From Octopus bimaculoides (taxonomy: Eukaryota): DNA of 64,000 nt. Of this stretch, positions 27,130 to 41,020 are shown piece after piece. The stretch covers positions 41,793,711 to 41,857,710 of the forward strand of contig NC_068989.1 in assembly GCF_001194135.2 (NCBI RefSeq). The letters are read 5' to 3'. The notes under the pieces were generated by a model, which was given only the letters and a program-made list of their open reading frames with translations, had not been told where the DNA came from and did not search any database. Position numbers and translations under genes: made by a program. The stretch's first letter is position 1. Every line of letters starts with the position of its first letter.

Positions 27130-28215
27130 AGCCGGTTAAAGCTTTATCTGTTTCAAAAAAGGCAGGTTATTTCAACAAGAATAGGGTAATGAAAGAGTTA
27201 AATAATTTATGATTGATTGAATTTCTCATCTGATCAGTTATTCAGCCAGCAGAGCAACCTCATTAACACCACGAATATGTGTGTGTGCATGCTAATTAAT
27301 TCTTGAGTAAATTATAATCCCATTACATGATATGACTCCCCTGTCTCTCTCTCTGACAAACTTTCCTGGGTGGATCAGTGAGGATTTATACTCAAGTTAA
27401 TCCATGCCTGCCATAGTTACAATTTCACTCTGCCTTCCATCTGTCTTAAGATTGAAGATTAAACATCATCACCATCATCACCATTACCCCTCCTCCTCCT
27501 CCTCCTCCTCTCCCATCTGAGTATGCTATCATCGTTAGTTAGGTTTATGTTCTTCCTTGGAAATGCAGCTGCCTGTCTCAACATTCACATAAGATGCCAA
27601 CCCTGAGGCAATAGGCTCTCATTATCTAAAGTGTAACATTACATAGCTCTTAAACACACACACATATTTATATACATATTAACATATCCCTTACACATGC
27701 ATACACACACACACACACACACACACACATCTGGGCCTTCTCCTCACCATCAAAACTTCCTCCGTCTAACATCATTACCTAATGTCATAAAGTGGATTAT
27801 TACTGGGTCAGGGTGTGGCTTAGTTATTAATCCACAACCACCACCAACACCGCCACATCCACCACTGCTACCACTACCTCTATCACTAACACTACAGAAA
27901 CCACACTTACTAGCAACAAATACTACCACACTATAAATTCTTTTCTAGCAGAGAAACTGTATGATAGGAGAAAGAGTTGCAATTGATGACAGGTAATGAG
28001 AGGTAGAACGAAAAGAGAGACAGATAGACAAAGACAGGGAAAGGGAGAGGGAGAGGGGAGGAATGAAAGGGAGATGAAAAGGGACAGTGGGGCCATCTTG
28101 TGGCAAATGCAGCAATTAAGGTCCAAGAACACTAACAAATTTTTAATTAATATACAATGTAGTAGTAATTATAATCATAATTCACTAATAACATTCTACC
28201 ACTATCACACATACA

Positions 28216-28680
28216 TATGAGGGGTTACCCAAAAGTAAGTTGAAACGTTCTGTGGGACAAGCCCATTGTAGTTCAGGCTTCTGCCACTAGAAGTCACTTG
28301 ATGTAACCCTCAGGTATTAGTATGCCAACCGGCGTCGCCAAGAAAAGTCGTACTGCCATGTGGTGTGTCTTTGTTTGCAGTGCTTTTCTCCCGTTTGTTG
28401 AGTTTTGCGATGGCTTAAACAAAGGAATAGCATGCTCCTGTGAAATTCTGTTTTCTGCTGGAGAAAACAGCAGCTGAAACAGTTGTCATGCTTCTAACAG
28501 CTTACAAGGATGTTGCCATAAACAAAACACAAGTTTATGAGTGGTTTTCATGCTTTAGGAATGGTCATGTGTTGCTTGAAGACCAACCTCCCAAATGAAT
28601 GAAAACATGAAAATTCAAGAATTGATTTAGGACAACCATCACCAAACAATTGACGAATGTTGTTGATATGACTGGTGTGA
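28216..28680 (+). pseudogene. 5' fragment of a mariner transposon (HTH region)
   Basis: TA-TGAGGGGTTACCCAAAAGT terminus. From 28410 it translates MA*TKE*HAPVKFCFLLEKTAAETVVMLLTAYKDVAINKTQVYEWFSCFRNG, a mariner N-terminal HTH with stops. Confidence 0.85.
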
Positions 28681-29314
28681 GAGGGGAGGGGGATTGGAGG
28701 AGGTAACTTTGGCTCAACAGATGAACAGTTAGAGTGTGACAGAGTGACAGAAACATATGTATAGAGTGTGTGTGTGTGAATGTGTGTAAAGTTCTTAGCT
28801 GTTGTTGTTTAGCACAGAGTCATCATGATCCAACAGACCCATGATGAAAGACATTCCAGTCATGACCATCCTGCCTTTTCTAAAGTGCAGAGAAACCTTG
28901 GAACCCAGATTTAGCAATGTATCCTTTTCTAAGGTAGTAAAGTGTGATTTGAAATTTGAGGGTATTTGGCTGCTATTACTAGCATGTCAACCAACAATAC
29001 ATAAGCTCTCTCATTGGCTCAACAAGTTCATAATGAGTCAATGAGATCTTAAGAGCTGAGCTGCAGAAATCCTGCCATAAAGGGAAGTAACTCATCTAAA
29101 GACCTACAACCACTTGTTGCTCTTTGATCTCGGGAACTTCAGTTAAGATATTGGACCAAACCATACTCTTAAAAGATCAGTGACAGTTCCAGCTAGCTCC
29201 CAGAATTCTTCCTATATGCGCATGCAGATGCTGTAACAATTAACCTACTTTTGAGTTGGCAATCAGCTGGTTTGTTATAAAACGGTTTGGCACCTTGCCT
29301 TAGTTACCAGGAAT

Positions 29315-29373
<59 letters not shown>

Positions 29374-29439
29374 GGGCACTTTCATTGGCTACATAAAACA
29401 CAGGAAGGTATATACCAACCTGAAAATATAGATACGGTA

Positions 29440-29812
29440 ATGGTAGCTGTGGTTGCATTTGTAGTCAAAGTACTACTGTTGTTGTGGTGGAGGTTGTAAT
29501 AGTGATAATAGTGGTGATGGTAACTGTAACAGTAGTGGTAAGGGTTGTTGTGGTATTGTTGGTGGTAGTAGTTGTATAATGGATAAGGCACTTTCTGGTG
29601 CAATAATATTAATGGTAGTAGTAGTGGTGGTGACGATAATTGTGATGGCTGTGGTGGTGGTAGTTATAATAGTGATGATAGTTGTAATGGCTGTAGTAGT
29701 AGTAGTGGTGGTGGTGATAGTTGTAATGACAGAAGCAGTAGTGGTGGTGGTAGTTGTAGTGATGATAGTTGTAATGGCAGTAGTGGTGGTGGTGGTTGCT
29801 ATGGCAGTATAG
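29440..29812. repeat. Degenerate (GTA/GTG/GTT)n triplet repeat
   Basis: Low-complexity tract generating poly-V/poly-T ORFs. Similar tracts at about 29900-30040 and 58610-58865. Confidence 0.85.
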
Positions 29813-30639
29813 GAAGGTGATGTCATGTAAAGTTAACACTGACAAAGTTAGAACTGGGGAAGACAAAGAGAATTACACTTGATTATTATAAAAAGTACTT
29901 TACACCCAACACAACCACCGCCACCACGATTGCACTAATCAACCCCCCCCCCACACACACACACACACCAACACCACCACCATTATCCTCATCACCATCA
30001 CTACTATACACCTCACCACCAACACCACCACCACTAACATGCCCGATTATAAAACATTACTTCATCTGACAACAACAAAACCCACCATCAAAGAGATGAC
30101 TGACCGATTTTGAAATCCAGTACAGCTGGGTGTGAACTGAAGCAAATAAACAGAAGACAGACAAGAAGCTGCACACACACATGTACGATCTAAAATTACC
30201 AGCAATAACAACAACAGCAACACCTGCCAAAGATAATTCTGCTATGCATATTTTATGTTGCATAACTGTGTCTGACCTCACAAATAGAGTAAAGAGGTGA
30301 GGTGCATAGGGGAATGAGAGAGAGAGAGAGAGAGGATGATGGAATAGCAAATCATCATCATTTAACATCTGCTTTCCATGCTGGCATGGGTTAGACAGTT
30401 TGACCAGAGCTGGTAAGCTAGAGAGACACACCAGGCTCCAGTCGTCTGTTTTGGCTTGGTTTCTACAGCTTGGTTTCTAACACCAACCACTCTACAGAGT
30501 GTACCGGGTGTCTTTTGTGCGTCACTGGCACGGATGCTATTTATGTGTCGCTGGCTCGGCTGCCTTTCACATGTCACTTCACTGGCTACGACCACAATTT
30601 AACTTAGCATAGCGTGACGTGTCTTCCCAAACACTCCTT

Positions 30640-31015
30640 TCTACTATAGCCACAAGGCCTGAAATTTTAGGGGATGGGAACAGTCAATTACATCAACCCC
30701 AGTATTCAACTAGTATTTGTTTCATCAACCCCAAAAAGATAAAAGTGAAAAACAAAGTGGACCTCAGTGGAGTTTTAACTGAAAACATATAAATACCACT
30801 AAACATTTTGTTAGGCATGCTAACAAATTCTGCCAGCTTGCCCTCTAATAATCATAGTAATTGTTCCAAATTTTAGCACAAGGCTAGCAATTTTTTAAGG
30901 GATCAGGCCAGTCGATTAAATTGGCCCCAGCATTTGACTGGTACTTTATTTTATTCCCCTCAAAAGGATGAAAGACAAAGTTGACCTTGGCAGGATTTGA
31001 ACTTGGAATATAAAA
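30640..31015 (-). mobile_element. Two SINE family B copies, minus strand
   Basis: Reverse complements of the family B body (CACAAGGCCTGAAATTTT, AAAGTTGACCTTGGCAGGATTTGAAC, TTCTGCCAGCT). Confidence 0.75.
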
Positions 31016-31029
31016 CCTAATGATTGACA

Positions 31030-31300
31030 GCTGAGAGAGGTGCTGCCTTCTAGTGTGCTAATCAAAAGGTGTAGAAGGGTGGCAAGACTGGTGAAGCTGA
31101 ATGGGCTTACATTGAGTATGCTTTTCTAAGTTGGAGGAAGATGGTACTGCCAATGTCTTGGAGACAACACAGTAACCCGGGGCTTTTTGTGTGGGGTTTT
31201 CTCCTGAATTACTCCAATGTAAATCTCACATGTTTATGTATGGCATTTCCTTCTTTAATGTTGTCCTCAATATCTTGAGCCCTTGTGGCCAATAAAAACA
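31030..31300 (+). pseudogene. 3' end of an L1/Tx1-like LINE
   Basis: REVLPSSVLIKRCRRVARLVKLNGLTLSMLF* (31034-31129) aligns with the C-terminus of the LINE relic at about 62050-62150, followed by a 3' UTR ending GCCCTTGTGGCCAATAAA. Confidence 0.7.
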
Positions 31301-31344
31301 AAATCATCATATTCATCAGTATCATTATTATTATTACTATTATT

Positions 31345-31800
31345 AAGGTGGTGATCTGGCAAAATCATTGGCCAGCCAGGCAAAATCATTGGCCAGCCAG
31401 GCAAAATGCTTAGCAACATTTTGTCTGAGTTCAAATTCTGCCGAGACTGACTTTGCCTTTCATCTTTTCAGGGTCAATATAATATGTACCAGTTGAGCAC
31501 TGAGGTAGATGTAAGTGATTTATCCACTCCTTGAAACTGCTGGCTTTGTGCCAGAATTTGAAGTCAATATCTAGGCAGTGACCCAGCAGAATCATTAACA
31601 TGTCAGACAAAATGCTCAGCAACTTTTCTTCCAGCTTTTAAAGTTCTGAGTTCAAATGTTGCCAATGGCAACTTAGCCTTTCATTCTTTTGAGGTTGATT
31701 AAATAAATACCAATAAAATACTGGGGTCAATGGCATCAACTTACCCCTTCTCCACAAAATTGCTGCCCTTTACCAAAATTTGAAATCATCATTTCTGGTT
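31345..31800 (+). mobile_element. Head-to-tail SINE family B copies
   Basis: Family B motifs twice, preceded by (ATT)n; includes a short tandem duplication of GGCAAAATCATTGGCCAGCCA in the head. Confidence 0.75.
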
Positions 31801-32231
31801 TAGACATAAGGTAAGCAATTTTGGGGAAAGGGTTAGTCAATTAAATGACCTCCCATATTTGAGTACTTCAGTTTATTAATCCACCCCACTTTCAAAAAAA
31901 CCCCAAAAATATAAAAGTCAATGTAAAGATTCACAAAAAATAATGCTGCAAAGTATTTTTTGGATGTTCTAATGATGACAATAATTTATAGCGTAAAAGC
32001 CATAAATTTTAGGAGAGAGAGTACAGTTAATCTCATTAACTCATAACTCTTTAACTGGACTACAAGCTAGAGATAGCTTCCATTTAACAGAATGTCAGTG
32101 TTTTGCTTAGAAGTACTAGATGAAAAGGAGAGAAAAGAAAAATGTAATTATTGAAAAATGCAGCAATGGGGAGGAAATATCAGAATTGAACTAATTTTCT
32201 TGATATGAAGGAGGTAGAAATCAGAACTTAC

Positions 32232-34012
32232 CTAAATTTCTTGATGTTCATATCACGATTGAAAAACCGAATGCAGTGACAGAGCCCATGTTTGCGTAGA
32301 ACCTCTAGCAATGCTAGATGATCTTTTGATCTGCGATAATTCGAAGAACTTTCAACTTTAGCTGGAGAGCTTGAATGCCGAACAAATGGTCGGAGATTGA
32401 AGCTGGCATTGTAACTACCTGTGCTGCTTCCACGAAGAATTGAGGTACTACAGTTCTCAAAACCAGCTCTCATTTCATGACCTCGAACTGATAATGTTGA
32501 GTCCGAAAGCTGCAATTCTCGGACCTTCTCACATGGTCGCTTGTGTAGGGAGGTCTGACTGTTAAGTGATGTCTCCGAAGAACACATAGGCTGAAAATGC
32601 AATGAAGCACTTCTGATTCGCTCCTGGTTATCAAGTGACAAGAGGCTGGCATTAGAACCAAATAAACCCATTCCTGGGATTTTCAATGAAGAAGAAGGCA
32701 ATTGAGAAGATGTCAAGTTTGAAGTTGTTGTTATTAAGTCTTCTTCATACTCATCGAAAGCTTGTTCTTGGATAAGGCGTCGCTTGAGGCGGCTGTTTTT
32801 TGTGGGTAACTCAGGGCTACAAAAACTCAAATCAGGTGAGCCAGTCCCATCTGAATCAATATTGCTGTATGATGAAAGTCCGGGAGAAAGCTGTGACTGG
32901 TCTTTATCCCTTAAACTGCTGCTGGTTTCAGGTGATTTACCCAAGAGACTTGTGGTTTCAGAAGTAACACTTAATAGTGAAGGGGTTGTAGATAAAGAGG
33001 AAATGTTGTCACTTTTATCCTCATTGTCTTCTTCTTGAGTCACCATGTCTGTACAACTAATATTACTAGTTGTTACTTCTGTAACAGTAGATGGTGTACT
33101 TCCAATTGATACAGCGACATTGGCAGTTGTCTTTACACTTGCTGACATAGTAACAGCAGTTGTCGTTATGCTCGATGTAGCAGCAACAGTTGTCTTCATG
33201 CTTGACGTTACCACAGTAGTGGTCTTCATGCTAGGTGTAGCAGCAACAGATGTAACATTGGCAGTTGTCTTGACATTTGGTGTAACAGTAACATTTGTCT
33301 TTACACTCGTCACTTCAGTGACTGAAGGTTTTGGTGCCGGGGTCGGGGCTTCAGTCTTTGGCAAGTGGAAATTACAAGAAACGACACCCATTTTCCGCTC
33401 CCTGGAACAATCCTTCTTGCCATCTGAAGAACTGCCACGACCAGCCCGTTTGGCAGTTGTACTCGGTGAGGATTTTGATGAAGCTCCACCTTTCTTTGAG
33501 GATGGTGATGAACCATGTTTCTGAGTTGTGCCACTGCTTCCTTGACTTGCAGACTGGCTGGTGCCACTTTTTGATGAACTACTGCGACCACTTGTTTCTA
33601 ATTTTCCACTAACACCACTACTACTGCCACTGCAATTACTTGCAGCCAGACTAGATTTTTCTGATTCTTGCGAACCAAAGGTCGACGAAGCAGATGAATT
33701 AATGTCTGGCGGCACCGGTTCCTTAATGTGGGCCTTTTTCTCTGTTTTCCCGCCATCTTCATGCTTCTTCCTTGTTACTTTATTCTTGGTAGTTTCAACT
33801 TTTGAATTTTGGCCACCATCACTCGATGTTTTGCTGGCTTTAGTGGTGACGCTACCACTTTTTTGGCTTCCTTTACGCTTCTGAGTAAAGACATCTTGTT
33901 CAATAGCTTGATGTTCTACATGATCTCTCTGACGTGTAAGTTTCCGACGAGATCCTTCCTGGTTATATTTTGATGAGGTAGACTTTCGAGAAGATGCCAT
34001 TCTTCTTCGCTC
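32232..34012 (-). CDS. Large internal coding exon of an unidentified SAM-domain protein (Ser/Thr/Lys-rich low-complexity region plus N-terminal half of SAM domain)
   Basis: By far the longest non-gap ORF (32228..34096). Acceptor ttttgttttttttcag|GAG at 34012 (phase 0) and donor TTTAG|gtaagt at 32232 (phase 2), 1781 nt. Ends in LALLEVLRKHGLCHCIRFFNRDMNIKKF-R, which resembles a SAM N-terminal half. Internal ATG (MASSRK) at 34000 has good Kozak context (agaATGG). Confidence 0.92.
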
Positions 34013-35253
34013 CTGAAAAAAAACAAAAAGAGAAAAAAAGTGATATGAGTAAGAGAAAATATCCCAGAGACTGAAAGCATTCATGTTAAAAAACACCTTG
34101 TGTTTATTGTTTAAAATCTATCAGTATTCAATATATTTGAAAGATTGAAGGCAGCGAGCTGACAAAATCATTATCATGCCAGGCAAAATGCTTAGCAACA
34201 TTTCAATCATTTTTATGTTCCAAGTTCAAACTCTGCCAAAGTCCTTGGGACTGATGTAACCAACTTACCCCCTCCCCTGAAATTACTGGCCTTGGGCCAA
34301 AATTTCAAACCAACATATCTGAAAAATTGGTATGTAACTACCAAGATCTGCACCCACAGTTGGCTTCACCTGGGCTTGTGCCTTTCATCCTTACAGGGTT
34401 GATAAAAAAAAAAAAAAGTACCAGTTGAACATTGAGGTCAATGTAAACGACTTACCCCACTCTCCAGAAATTACTGGCATTTGGCCAAAATTTCAAACCA
34501 ATATATCTGAAAGATTGGTATATAACTAATCAATAAGAAAGAATAAAGTGAACTTGCTGTAGTGAATGAAAAATCTAACATTTCAGACACAGTCCTTCTG
34601 TGGGAAAAAGTTGAAAGGAGAGAAAGGAGAGAAACTAATGTGGATATAGAACTCTGCTGTCTCTGATTAATATTTTTCCTTTTAACATTTCTCCATAGAA
34701 GGATTTAGTCTGGAATGTTGGATTTTCCACTCCCCATAGCAAGTTTACTACAATTTTTTTAATTTTACTATGTATTTAAGTGTGTGTGTGTGTGTTTGAT
34801 GTTGTATGTCTTTGCATTTATATGGCTGGGCAGCAATGACTTGTAGTCGCTTATATTTCACAGCTTGGTAGATAAAATAACTCATTTAGGAACAAGGAAG
34901 AATTTTGGTGAAAGTAAGAGAATCTAGCCATAGAATACCTCAAGAACTAGCATCCAATCCACAAACACACATAAGTGAGAGAGAGAGAGAGAGAGAGAAA
35001 TAAAAACTTCTGTGTGTGTATGTATGTTTATGTTTGCACTCTGCTAATGTCGCTTACTAGGATTGCTATTGTTGTGGTCACTTCTGTCAACAGGTCATCT
35101 GTTTACTTTGCGCCTTCAAAGGCACCCTTATTTGAAAAGCATGTAAGGGTTAGTAATAAGAAGGGAATCCAGCTGTATAACAATACTTCAGTAATATACA
35201 AATCAAACCCACAATGACATGGAAAAACAGCAATAAAAACAAATGCATATAAG

Positions 35254-35292
<39 letters not shown>

Positions 35293-35412
35293 TGGAGTAA
35301 GCACATAAATGTGCAACAAGGTGGAAAAAAGAGTACTCAAATACCAGAGGTAGTGTAATATGCTTTATTTAAAAGCAAGCTGCTTTTAAATAAAGTATAT
35401 ATATATATATAT

Positions 35413-35451
<39 letters not shown>

Positions 35452-35955
35452 TTTCATCTTTTACTTGTTGCAGCCATTAGACTGTAGCCATGCTGGGGCA
35501 CCACATTGAAGGATTTTAGTTGAATAAATTGACCTCAGTACCTCTTTTCTTTAAAGCCCCGTACATATTCTATTGGTTTCTTTTACTGAGAGAGGGTTAC
35601 GAGGATCAACACTGGTTGTCAAGCAGTGATGGAGAACACACACATATGTATATATATACACAACAGTTTCCATTTTCCAAATCCACTCATAAGGCTTTGC
35701 TTGGTCTGAAGCTATAGTAAAAGACACTTGCCCAATGTGCCACGCAGTGGGACTGAACCCGAAACCATGAGGCTGGGAAGTAAACTTCTTACCACACAGC
35801 CACACCCGAGCAATAAGGATAAACACAGGTTTATATAATAGTTCCTACATGCGCTTCAACAATATGGTTGCTTGGAGCCCTTGCAATACACATACACACA
35901 TTAATACATTTACACATACAAACGATCGGAGCCCCTACAATGTGTGTTCATGAGC

Positions 35956-35991
<36 letters not shown>

Positions 35992-36691
35992 AACTTAGCA
36001 GTTCAGCAAAAAGAGACCACTAGAATAAGTACCAGGCTTTAAAAAAAAATTAGTACTGGGGTTTACACATTTGACTAAAAACACTTTTAAGGCAGTGCCC
36101 CAGCATGGCCGCAGTCAAATGACAAAGAAATAAGTTAAAAGATATATACATATTCTTTTATTTGTTTCAGTCATTTGACTGTTGCCATGCTGGAGCACCG
36201 CTTTGAAGGGTTTGTTTTTTAGTCAAAGAAATCAACTCCAAGAATTACTCTTTATAAGCCTAATACTTATTCTATTGGTCACTTTTGCCAAACCGCTAAG
36301 TTAAGTTACGGGGATGTAAACATATCAACAGCAGTTGTCAAGTGATGGTGTGTGTGTGGGGGGGGGGGTACAGACACAAAGGCACACACACAAATATATA
36401 TACATATGTATATACACGATGGGCTTCTTCCAGTTTCCATCTACTGAATCCACTCACAAGGCTTTGGTCGGCCCAAGGCTGTAGTAGACGACACTTGCCC
36501 AAAGTGCCATGCAGTGGGACTGAACCGGGAACCATGTGGTTGGGAAGTAAGCTTCTTATCAAAACAGCCACGCCTGCGCCTATATATTTTGAGAGACAGA
36601 CAGACAGACAGAGAAGCAAGGGGGTTGAGATGTAGAGGAAGACAATATGCAGATGAGATCAAATTCATAATATCAAGAAGGGGAACACACA

Positions 36692-36739
<48 letters not shown>

Positions 36740-37751
36740 CACACACACTATAATTAATACAAAAACATGTAAAATACCGAGAGACAGAGAGTGAAAGAGA
36801 GAAATCATATGAAATACTTAGGTAATTCCATTGCCAAGAGGGCTACTGTCCCTTAAAAAAGTATTTATATCCCTTTATGACTGTAGTCGATAGGATTCCT
36901 TAATCGTCATTTATGAAGCTGCCGTTGTTATTGTTGTTGCTTTAGTAAAGCTGTCTGTCACTTCCTCTACCATGATGACGACGACCACCACTGCTACCAC
37001 CACCACCACTACTACTACTAACACCACCAAGTCAGACCACAGTCAGCTTGCACTGCTCAAAGTAGACTTATGGAAATAGACCATGATGATGATAATAATG
37101 ATGATGATGATGATGATGATGACGACTATATTTTATAATCAACTGCTTGATAGTGATCCACACACAAATCCAATACATTCGGATTGGCTAAAATCCAATG
37201 ATTTTTTTTTTTTTTCCTTTTTGCTGTTATTTGATTACGGTCATTGCTGTTGTTGTTGGTGTTAGTAACAGAGAATGAAAGAGGGGGAGGGAGGAGGAAG
37301 GTGCAGACAGACACACAGAAAGAGAAGGAGTAGGAAGGGTGAGAGGAGGACTTGACTTACAACGCATGCATCTTCTTAGACAAGCACACGTTCATCATCA
37401 TTATCATCACATACGTGTTAAAAGCAATTAGAAAAATGACAGAGAAGGAAAATAATATAGCTACACAAATGTATCAATGTGCATAAGAGCAAGTGGGTGT
37501 ATATATATAGGTGTGTGTGTGTGAATTAGCAAGTATGTGTATGTCTATGTGTAGACATGAAACTTGTTACTTGGATAAGATACATATCTGAATAAATATA
37601 GTAAAGTGTTACATAAACCATGTATAGACATGTATACACCCACATCTCTCTCTGTCTGTCTCTCTCTCTGTATAAACACACACACATATATATATATATA
37701 AATATATACATACACCTGACTTCATCAGAAGTTAAGGCTTCTCCATATATA

Positions 37752-38515
37752 TACAGGGTGCGATGGTTAAATTGTTACCATTTTATATTTTGAACTTTGC
37801 ACATGCACACTGTTTTTGATTATGTCGACTACACAGTATAGTAGGGTCAGTTGGGCAAAGTATGTGAGAAAAACAGCACCATGACAAAATTCACTCTGCC
37901 AGAAATTTGGAAATGACATGCTGTACTGTTAGGCATTCACGAGTGATAAAAATCAAACATCCAGTCAACAGCATGGTGTTTGGAGTGATCACTAGTGATG
38001 ACAACATGGAGGCCTACATCAAGTGCCTGGAGGAGGTAGTGCTGCTCTGGGTCAAGAGGGTGGCTGCTGGAAGACCCTATGTCTGACAACAGGACTCAAC
38101 ACCATGCCACACAAGCAGGAAAACCCAGTCATGCCTGTCAGACAATTTCTGCAACCACATCACCTCTAACATCTGGTCACCTAACTCTACAGACTGCAAC
38201 CCCTTCAATTATTATGTGTGGAGCGTATTTGAGCAAGAGACCAACAAAACTCCTTGTAATACCAAAGAGGAACTGAAGGCAAGGATTATGGCAGCATTCA
38301 CCAACTTAAACAAGAAGGTCCAGAAGAGTTGCAGGAGATTCCGAAGTCGTCTGGAGGCTGTGGTTGAAGCCAATGGCGATTTTATTGAATAAATTTACAC
38401 TTTAGTATTTCAAGATATTTTTATGTAATTTTGGTAAATATATTTGTTAAAATGAGATCTCTGTTACTTTCATTTTTGCATAATTAGACAACAATATATT
38501 CACTGCACACACACA
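37752..38515 (+). pseudogene. Internally deleted Tc1/mariner element, maT/DD37D-like
   Basis: TA-CAGGGTG start. Reads EAYIKCLEEVVLLWVKRVAAGRPYV*QQDSTPCHTS...IWSPNSTDCNPFNYYVWS...RLEAVVEANGDFIE* (stop 38390-38392). There are 37 residues between the QQD Asp and the position normally occupied by the third Asp, here Asn. Confidence 0.88.
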
Positions 38516-39129
38516 GGTGGATCAAATGCTCTCATAGCATTAATGCAAGCAGTTGACATCCAAGGTCAATTGAGCTTCTTAATGTAGATGTTGTCTCTCT
38601 CCTCTCTATCTCTTCTTCACACCCACCACCTTATAGCCTTGTCTTGCCTCTCCACTACATTCATTAACCACCACCTATGACCTCTCTTCTCTTCCATCCT
38701 CATTGACTGCCATGACTCAAGGATTCCAGCATAGCTAATCACTTGCCATGCTACACATACTGCCAGCTGCTTGAACCACCTCAGGCAGTTGTACAAGTCA
38801 TGTTGGGAAACTGAACAGGATTACCACATTGGTGTGCTATTTATAGAACAGTGAATGTTCCCTTGTCTTTTGGTAATGATTATTTTTTGAGAATATCTAT
38901 CTAACACAAACATATAATGTACTGTCCTGGTATTGGTGGAATCAATAAAAGAAAATACTTCATCCAGTAAGAGACAAATATCATTTCATATACACAGGAT
39001 TGACTGTGAGCTACTTATAGTTTCATGCTCTGATTGCATGATAGCACATGAAACACTATACAAACTCATTCAACAATTAAATTATTAGAGCATGAAACTT
39101 ACAGTAATTCACATTTAATCTTGTATATG

Positions 39130-39173
<44 letters not shown>

Positions 39174-39204
39174 CACACACACATTTTTTGACTGATTAGT
39201 ACTT

Positions 39205-39495
39205 CATTGGTGTTCCAGTTGATCTGATCAATGGAACAGCCTGCTCGTGAAATTAACACACAAATGGTTGACCCCTCCACAGACATACATGCCTTAAATA
39301 TAAGTCTCAGAGATGTTCGTTATGACACAGAATATGACAAGGCCAGCCCTTTGAATTACAGGTACAACTCATTTTTGCCAGCTGAGTGGACAGGAGCAAT
39401 GTGAAACAAAGCATCTTGCTCAAGGAGACAATGTACCACCCAAAATTGAACCCATAACTTTTCAACCATAAGCCGAACACGTGCCTTCGCATAAA
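39205..39495 (-). mobile_element. tRNA-headed SINE family C
   Basis: Shares GTGTTCCAGTTGATC...GGAACAGCCTGCTCGTGAAATTAA...CTCATTTTTGCCAGCTGAGTGGA...TTGCTCAAGGA with 55500-55995. Confidence 0.75.
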
Positions 39496-40271
39496 CACAC
39501 TACATGCATGTATGTATACACACACACACTTCTATATATTGTTCATAGTTCTTTATTTTATGTGCTTGTACAGAAGTTACTGTGATAGTGTTTGTACTGT
39601 TATCGTAGTACTGGTTGATATTTGTTATGGTGTTGTAGTTGTAATCGTTGTACTTGTAATTGCTGTTGTTCTAAGTGGTGGAGGCGATGGTAGTGGTAAT
39701 GGTGGCAGACGTTACTTCTCTAGTTTATACTCTTCCCACCCCTCTTATTCTGCTCTCACTCAGTGCTCAATGCAGTTATGTAATGAAGTTATCTCCCCTA
39801 ATTAGCTGTAATTGCACACTTCATTAGCTGCTGAATTGGGTGAGGTAATTACACTCTATAGAATATCACTTACACAAAAACAACAACAACAAAAATTTAC
39901 AAATAAGCACAAAACCCATCAAGCAATAACACAAAAGTCATTAATTAAACCTGCTTTAATCAAAATCTATATTAAGTTATTGATGTCAAAGTTGTTATTG
40001 TTTACAGTGAGTGAAAAAACTAAAATAAAAAAAAACATGGATTCTATATAAACTTAATACTGACACAATTTTTATTTTTTTAGTATAAACTTCTTAACCA
40101 AAAAAATAGAATATAGATGCCACACCAATATCAGCATTTTACCCCCAGGTTGTCTTGAATAAAACAAATTTCATAGACACAAATTGAATTCTCTACTTTA
40201 TCTAATACAGTATTGGGTTGGCTAGGTCTATCACATATTACATCATCACCATCATCCTTATTATTATTATT

Positions 40272-40477
40272 AGGGCAGCGAGCTGGCAGAACCGTTAGCA
40301 CACCGGGCAAATTGCTTAGCAGCATTTTGTCTGTTTTTACATTCTGAGTTCAAATTCCGCCGAGGTCAACTTATCCTTTCAGGGTTGTTGAAATAAGTAC
40401 CAGCTGTATACTGGGGTCAATATAATCAACTGGTCCTCTCCCCCAAAATTTCAGGCCTTGTGCCTTTAGTTGAAAGG

Positions 40478-40513
<36 letters not shown>

Positions 40514-40940
40514 GTTAAGGTAGCGAGCTGGCAGAATTGTTAACATGCTGGGAAAATGCTTAGCAGTATTTCAGACGTTTTCACATTCTGAGTTCAAATT
40601 CTGCCAAGGTCGACTTTGCCTTTTATTCTTTTGGGGTCGAATGTAATCGACTAGTGCTCTGCCACCAAATTTCAGACTTTGTACCTTTAGTTGAAAAGAT
40701 TATTATTATTATTATTATTATTAAGGTGGTGAACTGGCAGGATCATTAGCACACTGGGCAAAATGCTTAGCAGTGTTTCATCTGTCTTCAAATTCTGAGA
40801 TCAAATTCCACCGTGGATGACCTTGCCTTTCATCCTTTCAGGGTCAATAAAATAAGTACCAGTGAGCATTGGTGTCGATGTAATTGACTTATCCCTACCC
40901 CCAAAATTGCTGCCCTTGTGGCAAAATTTGAAACCATTAT
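40272..40940 (+). mobile_element. Three head-to-tail SINE family B copies separated by (ATT)n
   Basis: Heads at about 40272, 40518 and 40723, each starting right after the (ATT)n tail of the previous copy. Confidence 0.85.
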
Positions 40941-41020
40941 TATTAATTATTGTTATTATTATTATTATTATTGTTATTATTATCATTATTATTATTGTTG
41001 TTATTATTATCATCATCATC

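Noticed and set aside
29473-29866. Poly-Val, poly-Thr and His/Tyr ORFs resembling membrane or mucin proteins
   Set aside because: Translations of a degenerate triplet microsatellite. The same applies to CV/HT/IY-repeat ORFs throughout and to X-filled ORFs over gaps.
33045-33884. Antisense ORFs (159, 93 and 107 aa) over the large exon
   Set aside because: Shadow frames of Ser/Thr/Val-rich codons; no splice or domain support.
34013-34096. N-terminal MFFNMNAF...VFFQ of the 622-aa ORF
   Set aside because: It is the polypyrimidine tract and intron upstream of the acceptor at 34012.
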